DNA from: Patescibacteria group bacterium
Lineage (GTDB): Bacteria > Patescibacteriota > Patescibacteriia > 2-01-FULL-39-33
Length of the DNA stretch: 32,000 bases
Direction: 5' to 3'
NCBI GenBank assembly: GCA_041662745.1
Contig: JBAZRV010000005.1
Location: forward strand, 60,001-92,000
The translations under genes and the position numbers were made by a program. Shown in pieces: positions 1-9,172 of this stretch. The notes beneath the pieces are model-generated. The model saw nothing but the letters and a program-made list of their open reading frames with translations, was not told the DNA's origin and searched no databases. Within the stretch, counting starts at the first letter, position 1, and each line of letters starts with the position of its first letter.

Positions 1-1
1 T

Positions 2-1258
2 ACCCTGACCGGACTGGTTATTGATCGCGATGTCTATAAATTTTACTTGTTAGACATTGTCATAGTATTATCTTTCGCCGCCCTGGCCGTCCGGCATTTT
101 ATCCTGCAAAAAAAGCGCCAATTGATCTGGGGCTGGCCGGAGACTATTCTCGCCTGCTTTATGCTATTAGTCGCGATCTATCTCTTCCGCTCATTGTTTG
201 ATATTAACGCAAAATTTGAAGTGGCTTTCAGTTCGTTTAAGAATTATTTTTTCTATCCCTTATTATATTTTTTCACTGTCTTAGTGGTACAGTCGCCCAA
301 AAGATTAAAACAAGTCAGCCAACTGATAATGCTTAACGGCGTTTTCCTGATCGCTTTCTTATTGATCGGTTTTGTCCGTGGTGCTGGCCTATGGACCGAA
401 TTCACTCCTCTGTCTACGGCCGGCGTACGCTACTTAGCCGGCACTCACGCCTTCTATCTGTTAATCGCTATAATGATCGGCGTACCGCTTTTAGCCTTTA
501 ACCGCTTGCGCAACCAGGGATTGGGGCTTTTGGTTTTCGCCTTATGGTCTCTGGGCGTGACAGTTTCCTTGATGCGCCATTTATGGCTGGCTGCAGTTAT
601 CGGCATCGCCGCCTTATTCATCTTAATGCCTTACCAAAACAAAAAATTCATTTCCCGCCAAGCGGTCAAAGCCGGATTATTAGTGGTGTCGCTGGCTTTA
701 GTCGCCATATTGGCGGCCAATCTCGCTTACTTTAATCCGGCCACAGAAACCGCCGCCGACAACGTTCGCCATGTCAGCGAAAGGCTGCTGTCGTTGGGAA
801 ACCTAAGTGAGGACACTTCTGCTTCTTGGCGTTTGGATCTCTGGAACGACGCCCGACAAGTCTGGCAAGCCAATCCGGTTGGGGGTATTGGTTTCGGCCA
901 CACGATCTTAATCGACATCGGCGACTATCAAAATTTTGAAGAAATCAGAAATATCCATAATTCGCCCCTGGCCATTATGGTGCAAATGGGCCTAGCGGGT
1001 CTGATTGTTTTTGTCCTGTTTATTGTGGCGGTTTTCAGTTCTGCTTGGCGTCCGGTTTACGCCAATTTCGATCTGATTCCCTACTATTTGGGCATTGCCG
1101 TCGCCGCTTTGATTTTTCTTTTCGCCAGCTGTTTTCAACCATACCTGGAAACCAACTTGATGGGTATTTGGTTTTGGATATTATTAGGTTTATTGCGTTC
1201 CGCGGCAATCATCAATAAGCCATTCAAGCACTCCGAACAAACAGTAACCGCCAAATAA
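2..1258 (+). CDS. O-antigen ligase / polymerase-like multi-TM membrane protein, 5'-truncated by window edge
   Basis: ORF track starts at an internal TTG (47), but the frame is open to base 2 (TLTGLVIDRDVYKFYLLDIV...). Many TM helices and a Wzy_C-like loop (NVRHVSERLLSLGNLSEDTSASWRLDLWNDARQVWQANPVGGIGFG). Confidence 0.8.
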   Translation, partial: TLTGLVIDRDVYKFYLLDIVIVLSFAALAVRHFILQKKRQLIWGWPETILACFMLLVAIYLFRSLFDINAKFEVAFSSFKNYFFYPLLYFFTVLVVQSPKRLKQVSQLIMLNGVFLIAFLLIGFVRGAGLWTEFTPLSTAGVRYLAGTHAFYLLIAIMIGVPLLAFNRLRNQGLGLLVFALWSLGVTVSLMRHLWLAAVIGIAALFILMPYQNKKFISRQAVKAGLLVVSLALVAILAANLAYFNPATETAADNVRHVSERLLSLGNLSEDTSASWRLDLWNDARQVWQANPVGGIGFGHTILIDIGDYQNFEEIRNIHNSPLAIMVQMGLAGLIVFVLFIVAVFSSAWRPVYANFDLIPYYLGIAVAALIFLFASCFQPYLETNLMGIWFWILLGLLRSAAIINKPFKHSEQTVTAK

Positions 1259-4200
1259 TGACTATGAAAATCCTGCAAGTCAATAAATTCTTATATCCCA
1301 AAGGCGGAGCGGAGACCTATCTTTTCGCCCTGTCCAACTTACTGATGGCTAATGGCCATGAGGTGATTTATTTTTCCCAAAAAAATCCTAAGAATATTAA
1401 AAACGATCAAGAAAAATATTTTGTCACTGATCTGGATCTGGGCCGATTCAATTTTAAGGCCCTGATGCTGATTTTCAGGATTTTCTGGTCTCCGCTGTCC
1501 CGCTACAAAATAAAAAAACTGATCAAAAAAGAACGGCCGGAATTAGCTCATATCCATAATATCTACCATCAATTATCGCCGGCTGTTTTAACCGGCCTTA
1601 AAGAATACGGCCTGCCGACGGTGATGACCGTGCATGATTTCAAGCTGGTAACCCCGGGCTATACCTTGCGAGCCGACGGCATCAAAAAACGCCATAAAGA
1701 TTCGTTTATTATTGACTGGCTGTTAAAACTGGAATTCGCTTTTCACCGCCTGATCAAAGTTTATGACCGGTGCATTGATATCTTTATCGCTCCCTCGCAG
1801 TTCGTCAAAAATGAACTGGTCAAGGCCGGCTATAAAACGGAAAAAATAGTCGTTATCCCCCACTTCATCAAAATGAACACTTTTAGTGTTCAGAGAAACA
1901 CTGGCAAATATTTTTTTACTTTCGGCCGGCTGGATGAAAGCAAGGGCCTGGATGATATCATTCGCGCTTTTGCCGCCCTGCCGGAAAACGGTTTAAAACT
2001 GAAAATCGCCGGCACCGGTCCGGAAGAAGAAAACTTGCGCCGATTGATTAAAGAATTCAAGGCGGAAAACCGCATTGAACTGCTGGGATTCAAGCAGGGG
2101 CAGGAATTATTGGATTTAATCGGCAACTCCTTAGCCGTGGTTTTTGCTTCCCGCGTCCATGAAACTTTCGGCCTGACCGTATTGGAGTCACTGGCGCTGG
2201 GCAAAGCCGTCATCGCTGCCAAAGTCGGAGCGATTCCTGAATTGATAAAAGACGGCCAAACCGGCTTACTGTTTGCCGTGGCTGATATCGGCGAGCTTAA
2301 AGAAAAAATGTCGCTAGTTCTAAATGACGACCAGTTGCGCCAAAAACTGGAGCGGGCGGGCCAAGCCCAAGCCAAGGAGTATTCGCCGGAAAGACACTAC
2401 GAACAATTGGCTGAGATTTATGACCGCTTAACCGCGCCGGGCAGCGCCGCCAAACGTAAAATCAAAAAAATCGCCCTCTCGATAATTCTGGCTATTTGCG
2501 CCCTGCTGATTATCTGGCCGATTTACTACATCGATGTCAATCGCAGTCGGGCTTTTATTGCGCCTCAACATGATTATCCCCGTCTGGCTAACCTATACTG
2601 GAAGAATCCGATTACTCTGGATGACGCCAAACAATTGGCCAAGTGGGACATAATCGTTTTGGACATGCAAACGCAAACCAACAGCGCCTCGGCGATCAAA
2701 GAAATCAAACGACTCAATCCTAAAGCGGTCATACTGGCTTACACCACAGCCAATGAAATGCCGGTGGAACGATTAAACCAGGTAGAGCCGTCAGGCTCGG
2801 GCCTATGGCACGAACTGACTCAAGGCGATAAATCAGCCTGGCGACTTAAAACCATATCCGGCGATAGCCTTGTTTTTTGGCCGGGCAATGTCATGATGAA
2901 CTTAGGCGCTAAAGATGAGACCGGCAAAACTTACGCCGATTTCCTGGCTGATTTCTATCAGAATAAAGTCCTGTCCACCGGCCTCTGGGATGGCCTTTTC
3001 TTTGATAACGTCTGGCAAAATGTGACTTGGTTCAATAAAAACGTTGATATTGATAATAACGGCCGGCAACGGCCGGCGGCGGAAATAGATTGGCAATGGC
3101 AAAACTACTATCGGGACTTTTTCCAAAAATTACGCGACCGCTTCGGTTCGCAATATTTAATCATCGGCAACGGCGACGGCGCTTACCACCAAGCAATCAA
3201 CGGCCGAATGTTTGAGTCATTTCCCGATTACTGGCAGGGTGGCTGGTCCGGCTCGCTTAAGAGCTATAACGAAACTAACGATAACGGCTACGCTCCTCGC
3301 CTGAACATTATTGAATCCAATACGGCTAACACCGGCAACCGCTACGATTACCAATCCCTGCGTTACGGCTTGACCTCAACTTTAATGTTTGACGGCTACT
3401 ACGCCTTCGGCTACGGCACCAATCTGCGCGAACAACTGTGGTGGTACGATGAATATGATGCCCAAATCGGCCAGCCCGTTTCCGATTCCTACAATCTGTT
3501 GGATCGCGATTCCAAACAATGGAAAACCGGCGTCTGGCAGAGAGATTTTGAATTCGGCACGGTAGTCGTTAATTCTACGGACCGACCGCAAACAATCTCA
3601 TTTGAAGGCGAATATGAAAAACTGCGAGGCACTCAAGACAAGCAGATTAATGACGGCGCCATCATTAACCGTCTGACCTTGGCCGCCAATGACGGCATAA
3701 TTATGATGCGACCGCTTAACACTATCGCCGATGCCGCGTATATCAACGGCTCGTTCGCCAGAATCTTTGACGGGCAAGGGAAAATAAAACGTAACGGCTT
3801 CTTCTCTTATGACAGTAATTTCAAGGGCAGCAATAAAATCCTTAAACTGGATATAAATAATGACGGTGAAAGGGAAACCGTGGTTGCCGGACTGAATTCC
3901 ATTACTTTATATGACAAGCACGGATTGGGAGTCAAGACTGTTTATCCCTACGGCGATCGCTTTGTCGGCGGACTAAGCCTGGCGCCGATTAAAATGGAAG
4001 ATAATAAATTTTGGCTGGCGGTCAGCCCGGAAAAAGGGGGCTCTAACTTGATTAAAATCTATGATTGGAATTTAGGCGATGCGGGCAAATCGTTCAACGC
4101 CTACGGCAGCCGGTGGCCCGCTTTAGGCGCCAATGTGGCGTCCGGCGATATTGACGGCGATGGCCGCAGCGAACTAATTGTCGGCGCCGGATTCGGCGGC

Positions 4201-4518
4201 GGACCGCACGTCAAAATATTTGATCTAAACGGCAACCTGAAAAGTGAATTCTTCGCCTATGCCAATAATTTCAGGGGCGGCGTCAATGTGGCCGCCGGAG
4301 ACACTAATGGCGACGGCCAAGATGAAATCATTACCGGCGCCGGGCAAACCGGCGGACCGCACATCAGAGTCTGGAATAATAATAAACTCATTGGCCAATG
4401 GTTCGGTTTTGACTCAAATAAACGCACCGGCGTCAAAGTAACCGCCACCGATGTTGACGGCGACGGCCGGGATGAGGTCATCGCCCTAACCACTAACGTA
4501 TTCATGACTAATAAATAA
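1258..4518 (+). CDS. Fusion protein: N-terminal GT4 glycosyltransferase, central TM helix, putative glycoside-hydrolase-like region, C-terminal FG-GAP/VCBS-like repeats
   Basis: Uninterrupted 1086-aa ORF. GT4 features: NKFLYPKGGAETYLFALSNLL, FGRLDESKGLDDIIRAF, HETFGLTVLESLALGKAVIAA. TM: IALSIILAICALLIIWPIYYI. Then GLWDGLFFDNVW...DYWQGG. Ca-binding-like repeats: DINNDGERETVVAG, GDIDGDGRSELIVGAGFGGGPHVKIF, GDTNGDGQDEIITGAGQTGGPHIRVW, TDVDGDGRDEVIAL. Confidence 0.85.
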   Translation: MTMKILQVNKFLYPKGGAETYLFALSNLLMANGHEVIYFSQKNPKNIKNDQEKYFVTDLDLGRFNFKALMLIFRIFWSPLSRYKIKKLIKKERPELAHIHNIYHQLSPAVLTGLKEYGLPTVMTVHDFKLVTPGYTLRADGIKKRHKDSFIIDWLLKLEFAFHRLIKVYDRCIDIFIAPSQFVKNELVKAGYKTEKIVVIPHFIKMNTFSVQRNTGKYFFTFGRLDESKGLDDIIRAFAALPENGLKLKIAGTGPEEENLRRLIKEFKAENRIELLGFKQGQELLDLIGNSLAVVFASRVHETFGLTVLESLALGKAVIAAKVGAIPELIKDGQTGLLFAVADIGELKEKMSLVLNDDQLRQKLERAGQAQAKEYSPERHYEQLAEIYDRLTAPGSAAKRKIKKIALSIILAICALLIIWPIYYIDVNRSRAFIAPQHDYPRLANLYWKNPITLDDAKQLAKWDIIVLDMQTQTNSASAIKEIKRLNPKAVILAYTTANEMPVERLNQVEPSGSGLWHELTQGDKSAWRLKTISGDSLVFWPGNVMMNLGAKDETGKTYADFLADFYQNKVLSTGLWDGLFFDNVWQNVTWFNKNVDIDNNGRQRPAAEIDWQWQNYYRDFFQKLRDRFGSQYLIIGNGDGAYHQAINGRMFESFPDYWQGGWSGSLKSYNETNDNGYAPRLNIIESNTANTGNRYDYQSLRYGLTSTLMFDGYYAFGYGTNLREQLWWYDEYDAQIGQPVSDSYNLLDRDSKQWKTGVWQRDFEFGTVVVNSTDRPQTISFEGEYEKLRGTQDKQINDGAIINRLTLAANDGIIMMRPLNTIADAAYINGSFARIFDGQGKIKRNGFFSYDSNFKGSNKILKLDINNDGERETVVAGLNSITLYDKHGLGVKTVYPYGDRFVGGLSLAPIKMEDNKFWLAVSPEKGGSNLIKIYDWNLGDAGKSFNAYGSRWPALGANVASGDIDGDGRSELIVGAGFGGGPHVKIFDLNGNLKSEFFAYANNFRGGVNVAAGDTNGDGQDEIITGAGQTGGPHIRVWNNNKLIGQWFGFDSNKRTGVKVTATDVDGDGRDEVIALTTNVFMTNK

Positions 4519-4519
4519 T

Positions 4520-5671
4520 ATGCCAGAAGAAATAATCAAAGTTGAACCAAAGCCGATTGAAAAGAACCGCCGGCCGATCGCCCGAATCACTATCGGCACG
4601 CTTAATATCTTCCTGGTGCCGGCCAAAAAAAGATTCCATAAATTTTACCATCCGCAAAAAAACAGCAACTGGCTCTGGCATATTGCCGTAGACGGCTTGT
4701 TAGCTTTAGCGATCATTCTTATCACTGTCTTTAATATTTATATCTGGCTTAATCCGCCCCGATATGCCAATGATATTTCCAGTCTTCTGACTGCGGCTTT
4801 CTCTCAGCCGAGATTAGCGGTCGCCTTAAAAACCGGTGACAGCATTGTCAGCCCCGGCGGAAAACTGGTTTATCGCATTAAAGTCAAAAACGTCGGCCGC
4901 GCCTCCGCCAAAGATGTTACCGTCAATCTGCATATTGACAGCGAACTTTATGGCGGCGATAAAAAAATCATTTTTACCTCCGAGCAGGCTCCGGCTTTAG
5001 CAGAATTAAAACCTAACGCCGAACAGGAAGTCACTTACTCTTTCACGCTGAACAAAAATTTTGTTCAGCAAACCTCCGATCAAACCCAACCGGTTATTGT
5101 CTCCTATACTGAAGTATTATTTTACCCTGAGAACAATCTCAAAAAGCAGGTTATCGTCAGCGAGAAGTCAATCCAAAAAATCAGAAGCGTTATCGGACTG
5201 GAAGCTTTTAGCCGCTATCAATCTGCCGAGGGCGAACAGCTTGGCATCGGACCGAATCCTCCGCTGGCCGGATCAGCCACCCGCTATTGGATCTTCTTCG
5301 TTGCTAATACTAATTATAATGACGCTGAAAATTTCATAGCTACCGGCCATCTGCCGGATAATGTCCGCTTTACCGGACGCTCCAGCGCCTTAAGCGAAGA
5401 AGGCATCAGCTACAATCCTAACAATAGGATGATTGCTTGGCGACTTGATCGCGTAACCGCGCCCACTGATTTTTATTCAATTGTCGGCGCTTCATTAGAG
5501 GTGGAAATCATTCCCTGGCAAAGCCAATCCGGCCAAACAGCAACCCTGATTGATAACATAAAACTGACTGCTACCGATTCATTCACGGGAGAAGGGATAG
5601 AAAAAACCATAAAAGACATCACCACGGCCACTGCCGAGGAACCCGACGGCGGTCTGGTAAAAAGCAAGTAA
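4520..5671 (+). CDS. Membrane-anchored protein with DUF11-like / conserved-repeat extracellular domains
   Basis: 383-aa ORF beginning directly after the previous stop. One TM (WLWHIAVDGLLALAIILITVFNIYIWL), then beta-rich GDSIVSPGGKLVYRIKVKNVGRASAKDVTVNLHI. Confidence 0.7.
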   Translation: MPEEIIKVEPKPIEKNRRPIARITIGTLNIFLVPAKKRFHKFYHPQKNSNWLWHIAVDGLLALAIILITVFNIYIWLNPPRYANDISSLLTAAFSQPRLAVALKTGDSIVSPGGKLVYRIKVKNVGRASAKDVTVNLHIDSELYGGDKKIIFTSEQAPALAELKPNAEQEVTYSFTLNKNFVQQTSDQTQPVIVSYTEVLFYPENNLKKQVIVSEKSIQKIRSVIGLEAFSRYQSAEGEQLGIGPNPPLAGSATRYWIFFVANTNYNDAENFIATGHLPDNVRFTGRSSALSEEGISYNPNNRMIAWRLDRVTAPTDFYSIVGASLEVEIIPWQSQSGQTATLIDNIKLTATDSFTGEGIEKTIKDITTATAEEPDGGLVKSK

Positions 5672-5695
5672 ATTCCGATGTTTTAGACCAAACTA

Positions 5696-5724
5696 TTGAC
5701 ATTTGTACCATTGTTTGCTATACT
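5696..5724 (+). promoter_or_regulatory. sigma70-type promoter for the 5899 gene
   Basis: TTGACA - 17 nt - TATACT. Confidence 0.8.
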
Positions 5725-5898
5725 GATATATCAAGTTGGGATGTTCCCAACTGATGATAAGAACATTAAAAAAAGCTTAAAAAGGAGGAAGCGGCGCTGT
5801 GTGCCGCCAACTCAGGATGGGTAAGCGGCAATGTTGTCGCCCCCAATTTTAGGGCAAATTCGTACCGCTAAGGCGGGAAAACAAAAGGAGTTAAGCCC

Positions 5899-7260
5899 AT
5901 GCGTAAGGTATCGTTGTTGCTGGTTGGTTTGCTGGCCCTGTCGGCCATCGGTCTTGTCGGTTGCATGCCGGAGAAATTTATCGTTTCCGGCGACTTCTAC
6001 GTCCAAGCGGATGATCCGCGGGACGATGACTACTACCTGGGATCCGTTGACTTGACTGATGAGGCCAATATGCCCGTCGATTATTCGGACGCGGATTACG
6101 TCGTGTGGAACGTGGACACCGTTTTTAGTAGCGGTCGAACCATTCCGTTCGATTGGACAATTAGCAAGACCGGCGCCGATCCCGAAACTTCGGCCCCGCG
6201 AATCTGGCAAAAGGGTTCCAATCGCGCCGGCGTTAAAATGTCCCTGGACGGATCACGCTTCGGCCTGATCTTTGATGCCGCTGTCGGCTACAGCAATAGC
6301 GAGGGCGTCGGCATCACTACCTGGACGGCGCAAAAGTCCTGCCTGATGGCAACCGATTGGTCCGGCGAAGGCGAGGGTGAAGGTGAAGCGGTTCCCGTTA
6401 TCACCAATCAGCCCGATTCTTTGACGGCTAACGTCGGCCAGCAAGTACAATTCACGGTCGGCGCCACCGGCGGCAACCTGAAATACTGTTGGCAGGACAA
6501 CGGCATTGACATTACGCCCAATCAGTATTCGGGCGGAGTCAATTCGGCAACCCTCACGATTTACTCCATTGGAGAGATCAATGAGGGCGCCTATCGTTGT
6601 CGGGTCTGGAATAGCCAGGGATCGGTTTACTCCGATCCGGCCATTCTAACCATTACCAATGGTTCAACCGGTGATACTACTCCGCCGGTCATTACGCTTA
6701 ACGGCGCCTCCACGATTTATCTGTCAGTCGGCGGTTCCTGGGTTGACCCGGGCGCCACAGCCACAGATAATGTGGATGGCAATTTGACGTCAAAGATCAA
6801 TGTGACTGGCACCGTCAACACGGCAATCGCCGGAACATACCACCTAACCTACACAGCCAGCGACAACAGTGGCAATCAGGCCTCGGTAACGCGGACAGTC
6901 ATCGTTGGCAGTATCGCTCCCACGAGTGATCTGACGATCGCGTTGACATGGAACGGCAGTTACTTGTACCTTTCGGCCACGAACGCGCCGGCCAGCGGGA
7001 TTATTGGACTGGAACTATACCAGCCCAGCTACCCGTGGATTGAACGGGAAACCTACAATGTCTCGTCCGCCGGACTAGCTAATGGAACTGTCACCAAGTT
7101 CCGCTTCAATGTCAGCCGAACGATACGGTTCTCGGTGGTTACCAACGCCTCCAGCGGCGGTTATGTCGCCAATGATGCGGTAACGATTACCTTGAACGGA
7201 GCGACCGTACCGCTCGTCAATGACGGCAATGGTAACTGGGCCTTCCAAGCCGCCGTCTAA
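5899..7260 (+). CDS. Secreted lipoprotein with Ig-like domain and bacterial Ig/HYR-like (DUF5011-like) domain
   Basis: Lipobox LSAIGLVGC; Gly-Glu linker GEGEGEGEAV; Ig-like PVITNQPDSLTANVGQQVQFTVGATGG...YRCRVWNSQG; DTTPPVITLNGASTIYLSVGGSWVDPGATATDNVDGNLT...GTYHLTYTASDNSGNQASVTRTV. SD AAAGGAG upstream. Confidence 0.85.
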   Translation: MRKVSLLLVGLLALSAIGLVGCMPEKFIVSGDFYVQADDPRDDDYYLGSVDLTDEANMPVDYSDADYVVWNVDTVFSSGRTIPFDWTISKTGADPETSAPRIWQKGSNRAGVKMSLDGSRFGLIFDAAVGYSNSEGVGITTWTAQKSCLMATDWSGEGEGEGEAVPVITNQPDSLTANVGQQVQFTVGATGGNLKYCWQDNGIDITPNQYSGGVNSATLTIYSIGEINEGAYRCRVWNSQGSVYSDPAILTITNGSTGDTTPPVITLNGASTIYLSVGGSWVDPGATATDNVDGNLTSKINVTGTVNTAIAGTYHLTYTASDNSGNQASVTRTVIVGSIAPTSDLTIALTWNGSYLYLSATNAPASGIIGLELYQPSYPWIERETYNVSSAGLANGTVTKFRFNVSRTIRFSVVTNASSGGYVANDAVTITLNGATVPLVNDGNGNWAFQAAV

Positions 7261-7283
7261 AAGTAAATAGCACTTTCCACCGT

Positions 7284-7320
7284 AGAGTGGCGACGATTAA
7301 ACCCGTTGCCACTCTTTTTT
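7284..7320 (+). terminator. Rho-independent terminator after Ig-domain lipoprotein
   Basis: AGAGTGGCGAC...GTTGCCACTCT hairpin (one G-T wobble) followed by a run of T. Confidence 0.85.
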
Positions 7321-7358
7321 AATTTAAAATTAGATAAAACTATTATTATTCACGGCTA

Positions 7359-7387
7359 TTGACAAAAAACTTTATATTTGATATAAT
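7359..7387 (+). promoter_or_regulatory. Consensus sigma70 promoter for the 7408 glycosyltransferase
   Basis: TTGACA - 17 nt - TATAAT, exact consensus, about 20 nt before the ATG at 7408. Confidence 0.9.
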
Positions 7388-7407
7388 GACATATCCTAAA
7401 GAAACTT

Positions 7408-8568
7408 ATGCGCATAGCGTTTATCGGCCAAAAAGGCATTCCTACTAGCCAGGGCGGAATCGAAAAACACGTTGAGGAACTCTCCACCAGACTGGTTGAG
7501 CAGGGTTTTGACGTTACCGTTTATGGCCGGCCGAATTATACCGGCGACAGTCGCAAAGAATATGAGTACCGCGGAGTCAAAATCATCCAACTCCCCTCTT
7601 TGGCGACCAAGCATTTAGACGCCATCACCCACACCTTTGTTGCTACCATCCACGCCTTATTCCAAAATTATGACATCATCCATTACCATGGCGTCGGCCC
7701 CTCGCTTTTATCTTTCATCCCGCGCTTATTAAAACCGCACGCCAAAGTAGTCGTCACCTTCCATTGCATTGACCGCACCCATCAGAAATGGGGTCGCTTT
7801 GCCCGTTTGGCTTTAGCTATCGGCGAATGGACTGCTGTTACCTTCCCTCATGAAACCATTGTCATTTCCAATATTTTAAAAAAGTACTGCCTTTACCGTT
7901 TTGACAAGGAATGCCGATACATTCCCAACGGCGTAGCCGTAAACCAGTCGGAAGAGGAGGAATACAGCCTAATCAAAAACGGTTTAATCGCCGGCGAATA
8001 TATTATTGCCGTTTCTCGCTTAGTGCCGCACAAGGGTATCCATACCCTGATCAAAGCTTACAGCTCTATCGCGACTGACAAAAAATTAGTCATTATCGGC
8101 GACGGCGCCAACACTGACGCTTATGTGGCTCAAATTAAAAGCTTGGCCAAGAGTAACCCCAGTATTATTTTAGCCGGACTGAAATCGGGTAACGAATTAG
8201 CGGCCCTATTTAAAAATGCCTACTTATTCGTTCAACCTTCGGAAGCCGAGGGCTTGTCTATCGCCTTACTGGAAGCCATGGCTTATGGCGTTCCGGCTAT
8301 TATCTCCAATATTGAAGAGAACCAAGAACCGGCCGAGGGTTTGGCCTTGGAGTTCATTAATAAATCCTGGGAGAGCTTGGCTAAAAAAATAGAATTCGCT
8401 TTAGCTAACTCAGTAGAAATAAAACGCTTGGCTGACTTGGCCCAAAAACGCGTGGCCACCGAATACGATTGGCAAGACATCGCGCAACAAACTTCCGCTC
8501 TGTATCGCGAACTGACCAAAGAAAAACAACTTGGAGTATTAACTGCCAAATATAAGCATAACGGCTAA
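7408..8568 (+). CDS. GT4-family glycosyltransferase
   Basis: GIPTSQGGIEKHVEELSTRLVEQGFDVTVYGR; VSRLVPHKGIHTLIKAY; QPSEAEGLSIALLEAMAYGVPAIISNI. Confidence 0.9.
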   Translation: MRIAFIGQKGIPTSQGGIEKHVEELSTRLVEQGFDVTVYGRPNYTGDSRKEYEYRGVKIIQLPSLATKHLDAITHTFVATIHALFQNYDIIHYHGVGPSLLSFIPRLLKPHAKVVVTFHCIDRTHQKWGRFARLALAIGEWTAVTFPHETIVISNILKKYCLYRFDKECRYIPNGVAVNQSEEEEYSLIKNGLIAGEYIIAVSRLVPHKGIHTLIKAYSSIATDKKLVIIGDGANTDAYVAQIKSLAKSNPSIILAGLKSGNELAALFKNAYLFVQPSEAEGLSIALLEAMAYGVPAIISNIEENQEPAEGLALEFINKSWESLAKKIEFALANSVEIKRLADLAQKRVATEYDWQDIAQQTSALYRELTKEKQLGVLTAKYKHNG

Positions 8569-8676
8569 AACCAAAGTCGTTCTGTTTGTTTTGAGATGGA
8601 TAATCTAAGTTTTCGGACATTACAATGCAATCAAACCGTCTACGCCAAAAACATGGCGAGACAAAAAGGAGAAAAC

Positions 8677-9051
8677 ATGCATATTTTACTTAGTTGGTTT
8701 ATTGGATTATCGCTTTTAGGCACAGCAATCGGATGTGTTTATATGAAAAAATATAAAAGCAGGTTTTATATCATAACGCTCATAATATTGACGGCGTTTG
8801 TTTTCTTTGCTATCGGCTTAATGACTTTTATCGGCAATCCAGTATCATTATCTAAGCTTAAAACCGATACCGTCTATCAGGTTGTAGGCCAGCATCGCGA
8901 CGCGGATAACGGCTTTATTACTACAGTCAAAGCGCCGAATGGCGCTTTCAGATTGATTAAATGCAAAGAACAAGTACCTGAATTGTTCATTGTCAAGCAC
9001 TCGTTTTGGGATGGCAAGATAACGATCGAAGAGTTTATGATAAAGCACTAA
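8677..9051 (+). CDS. Small membrane protein (two N-terminal TM segments), unknown function
   Basis: ORF track 8596-9051; preferred start ATG 8677 because of AAAGGAG immediately upstream. MHILLSWFIGLSLLGTAIG...FYIITLIILTAFVFFAIGLMTFI, followed by a soluble tail. Confidence 0.7.
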   Translation: MHILLSWFIGLSLLGTAIGCVYMKKYKSRFYIITLIILTAFVFFAIGLMTFIGNPVSLSKLKTDTVYQVVGQHRDADNGFITTVKAPNGAFRLIKCKEQVPELFIVKHSFWDGKITIEEFMIKH

Positions 9052-9074
9052 TCCACAATCAAGAACCTTATCCG

Positions 9075-9107
9075 CCCCGCGCAGCGATTTGCTGACGCGG
9101 GGTTTTA
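9075..9107 (+). terminator. Rho-independent terminator
   Basis: CCCCGCG ... CGCGGGG followed by TTTTATTTT. Confidence 0.85.
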
Positions 9108-9109
9108 TT

Positions 9110-9138
9110 TTGTTCTTCTCCTGTTTTTGTGTTATAAT
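9110..9138 (+). promoter_or_regulatory. Promoter of type IV pilus gene cluster
   Basis: TTGTTC - 17 nt - TATAAT, about 30 nt before pilB. Confidence 0.6.
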
Positions 9139-9172
9139 AATATCAATTAATCCACCCGGAAGGTGACAAACT

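Noticed and set aside
5812-6210. Minus-strand 132-aa ORF
   Set aside because: Antisense to the leader and start of the well-supported Ig lipoprotein gene; no RBS or family features.
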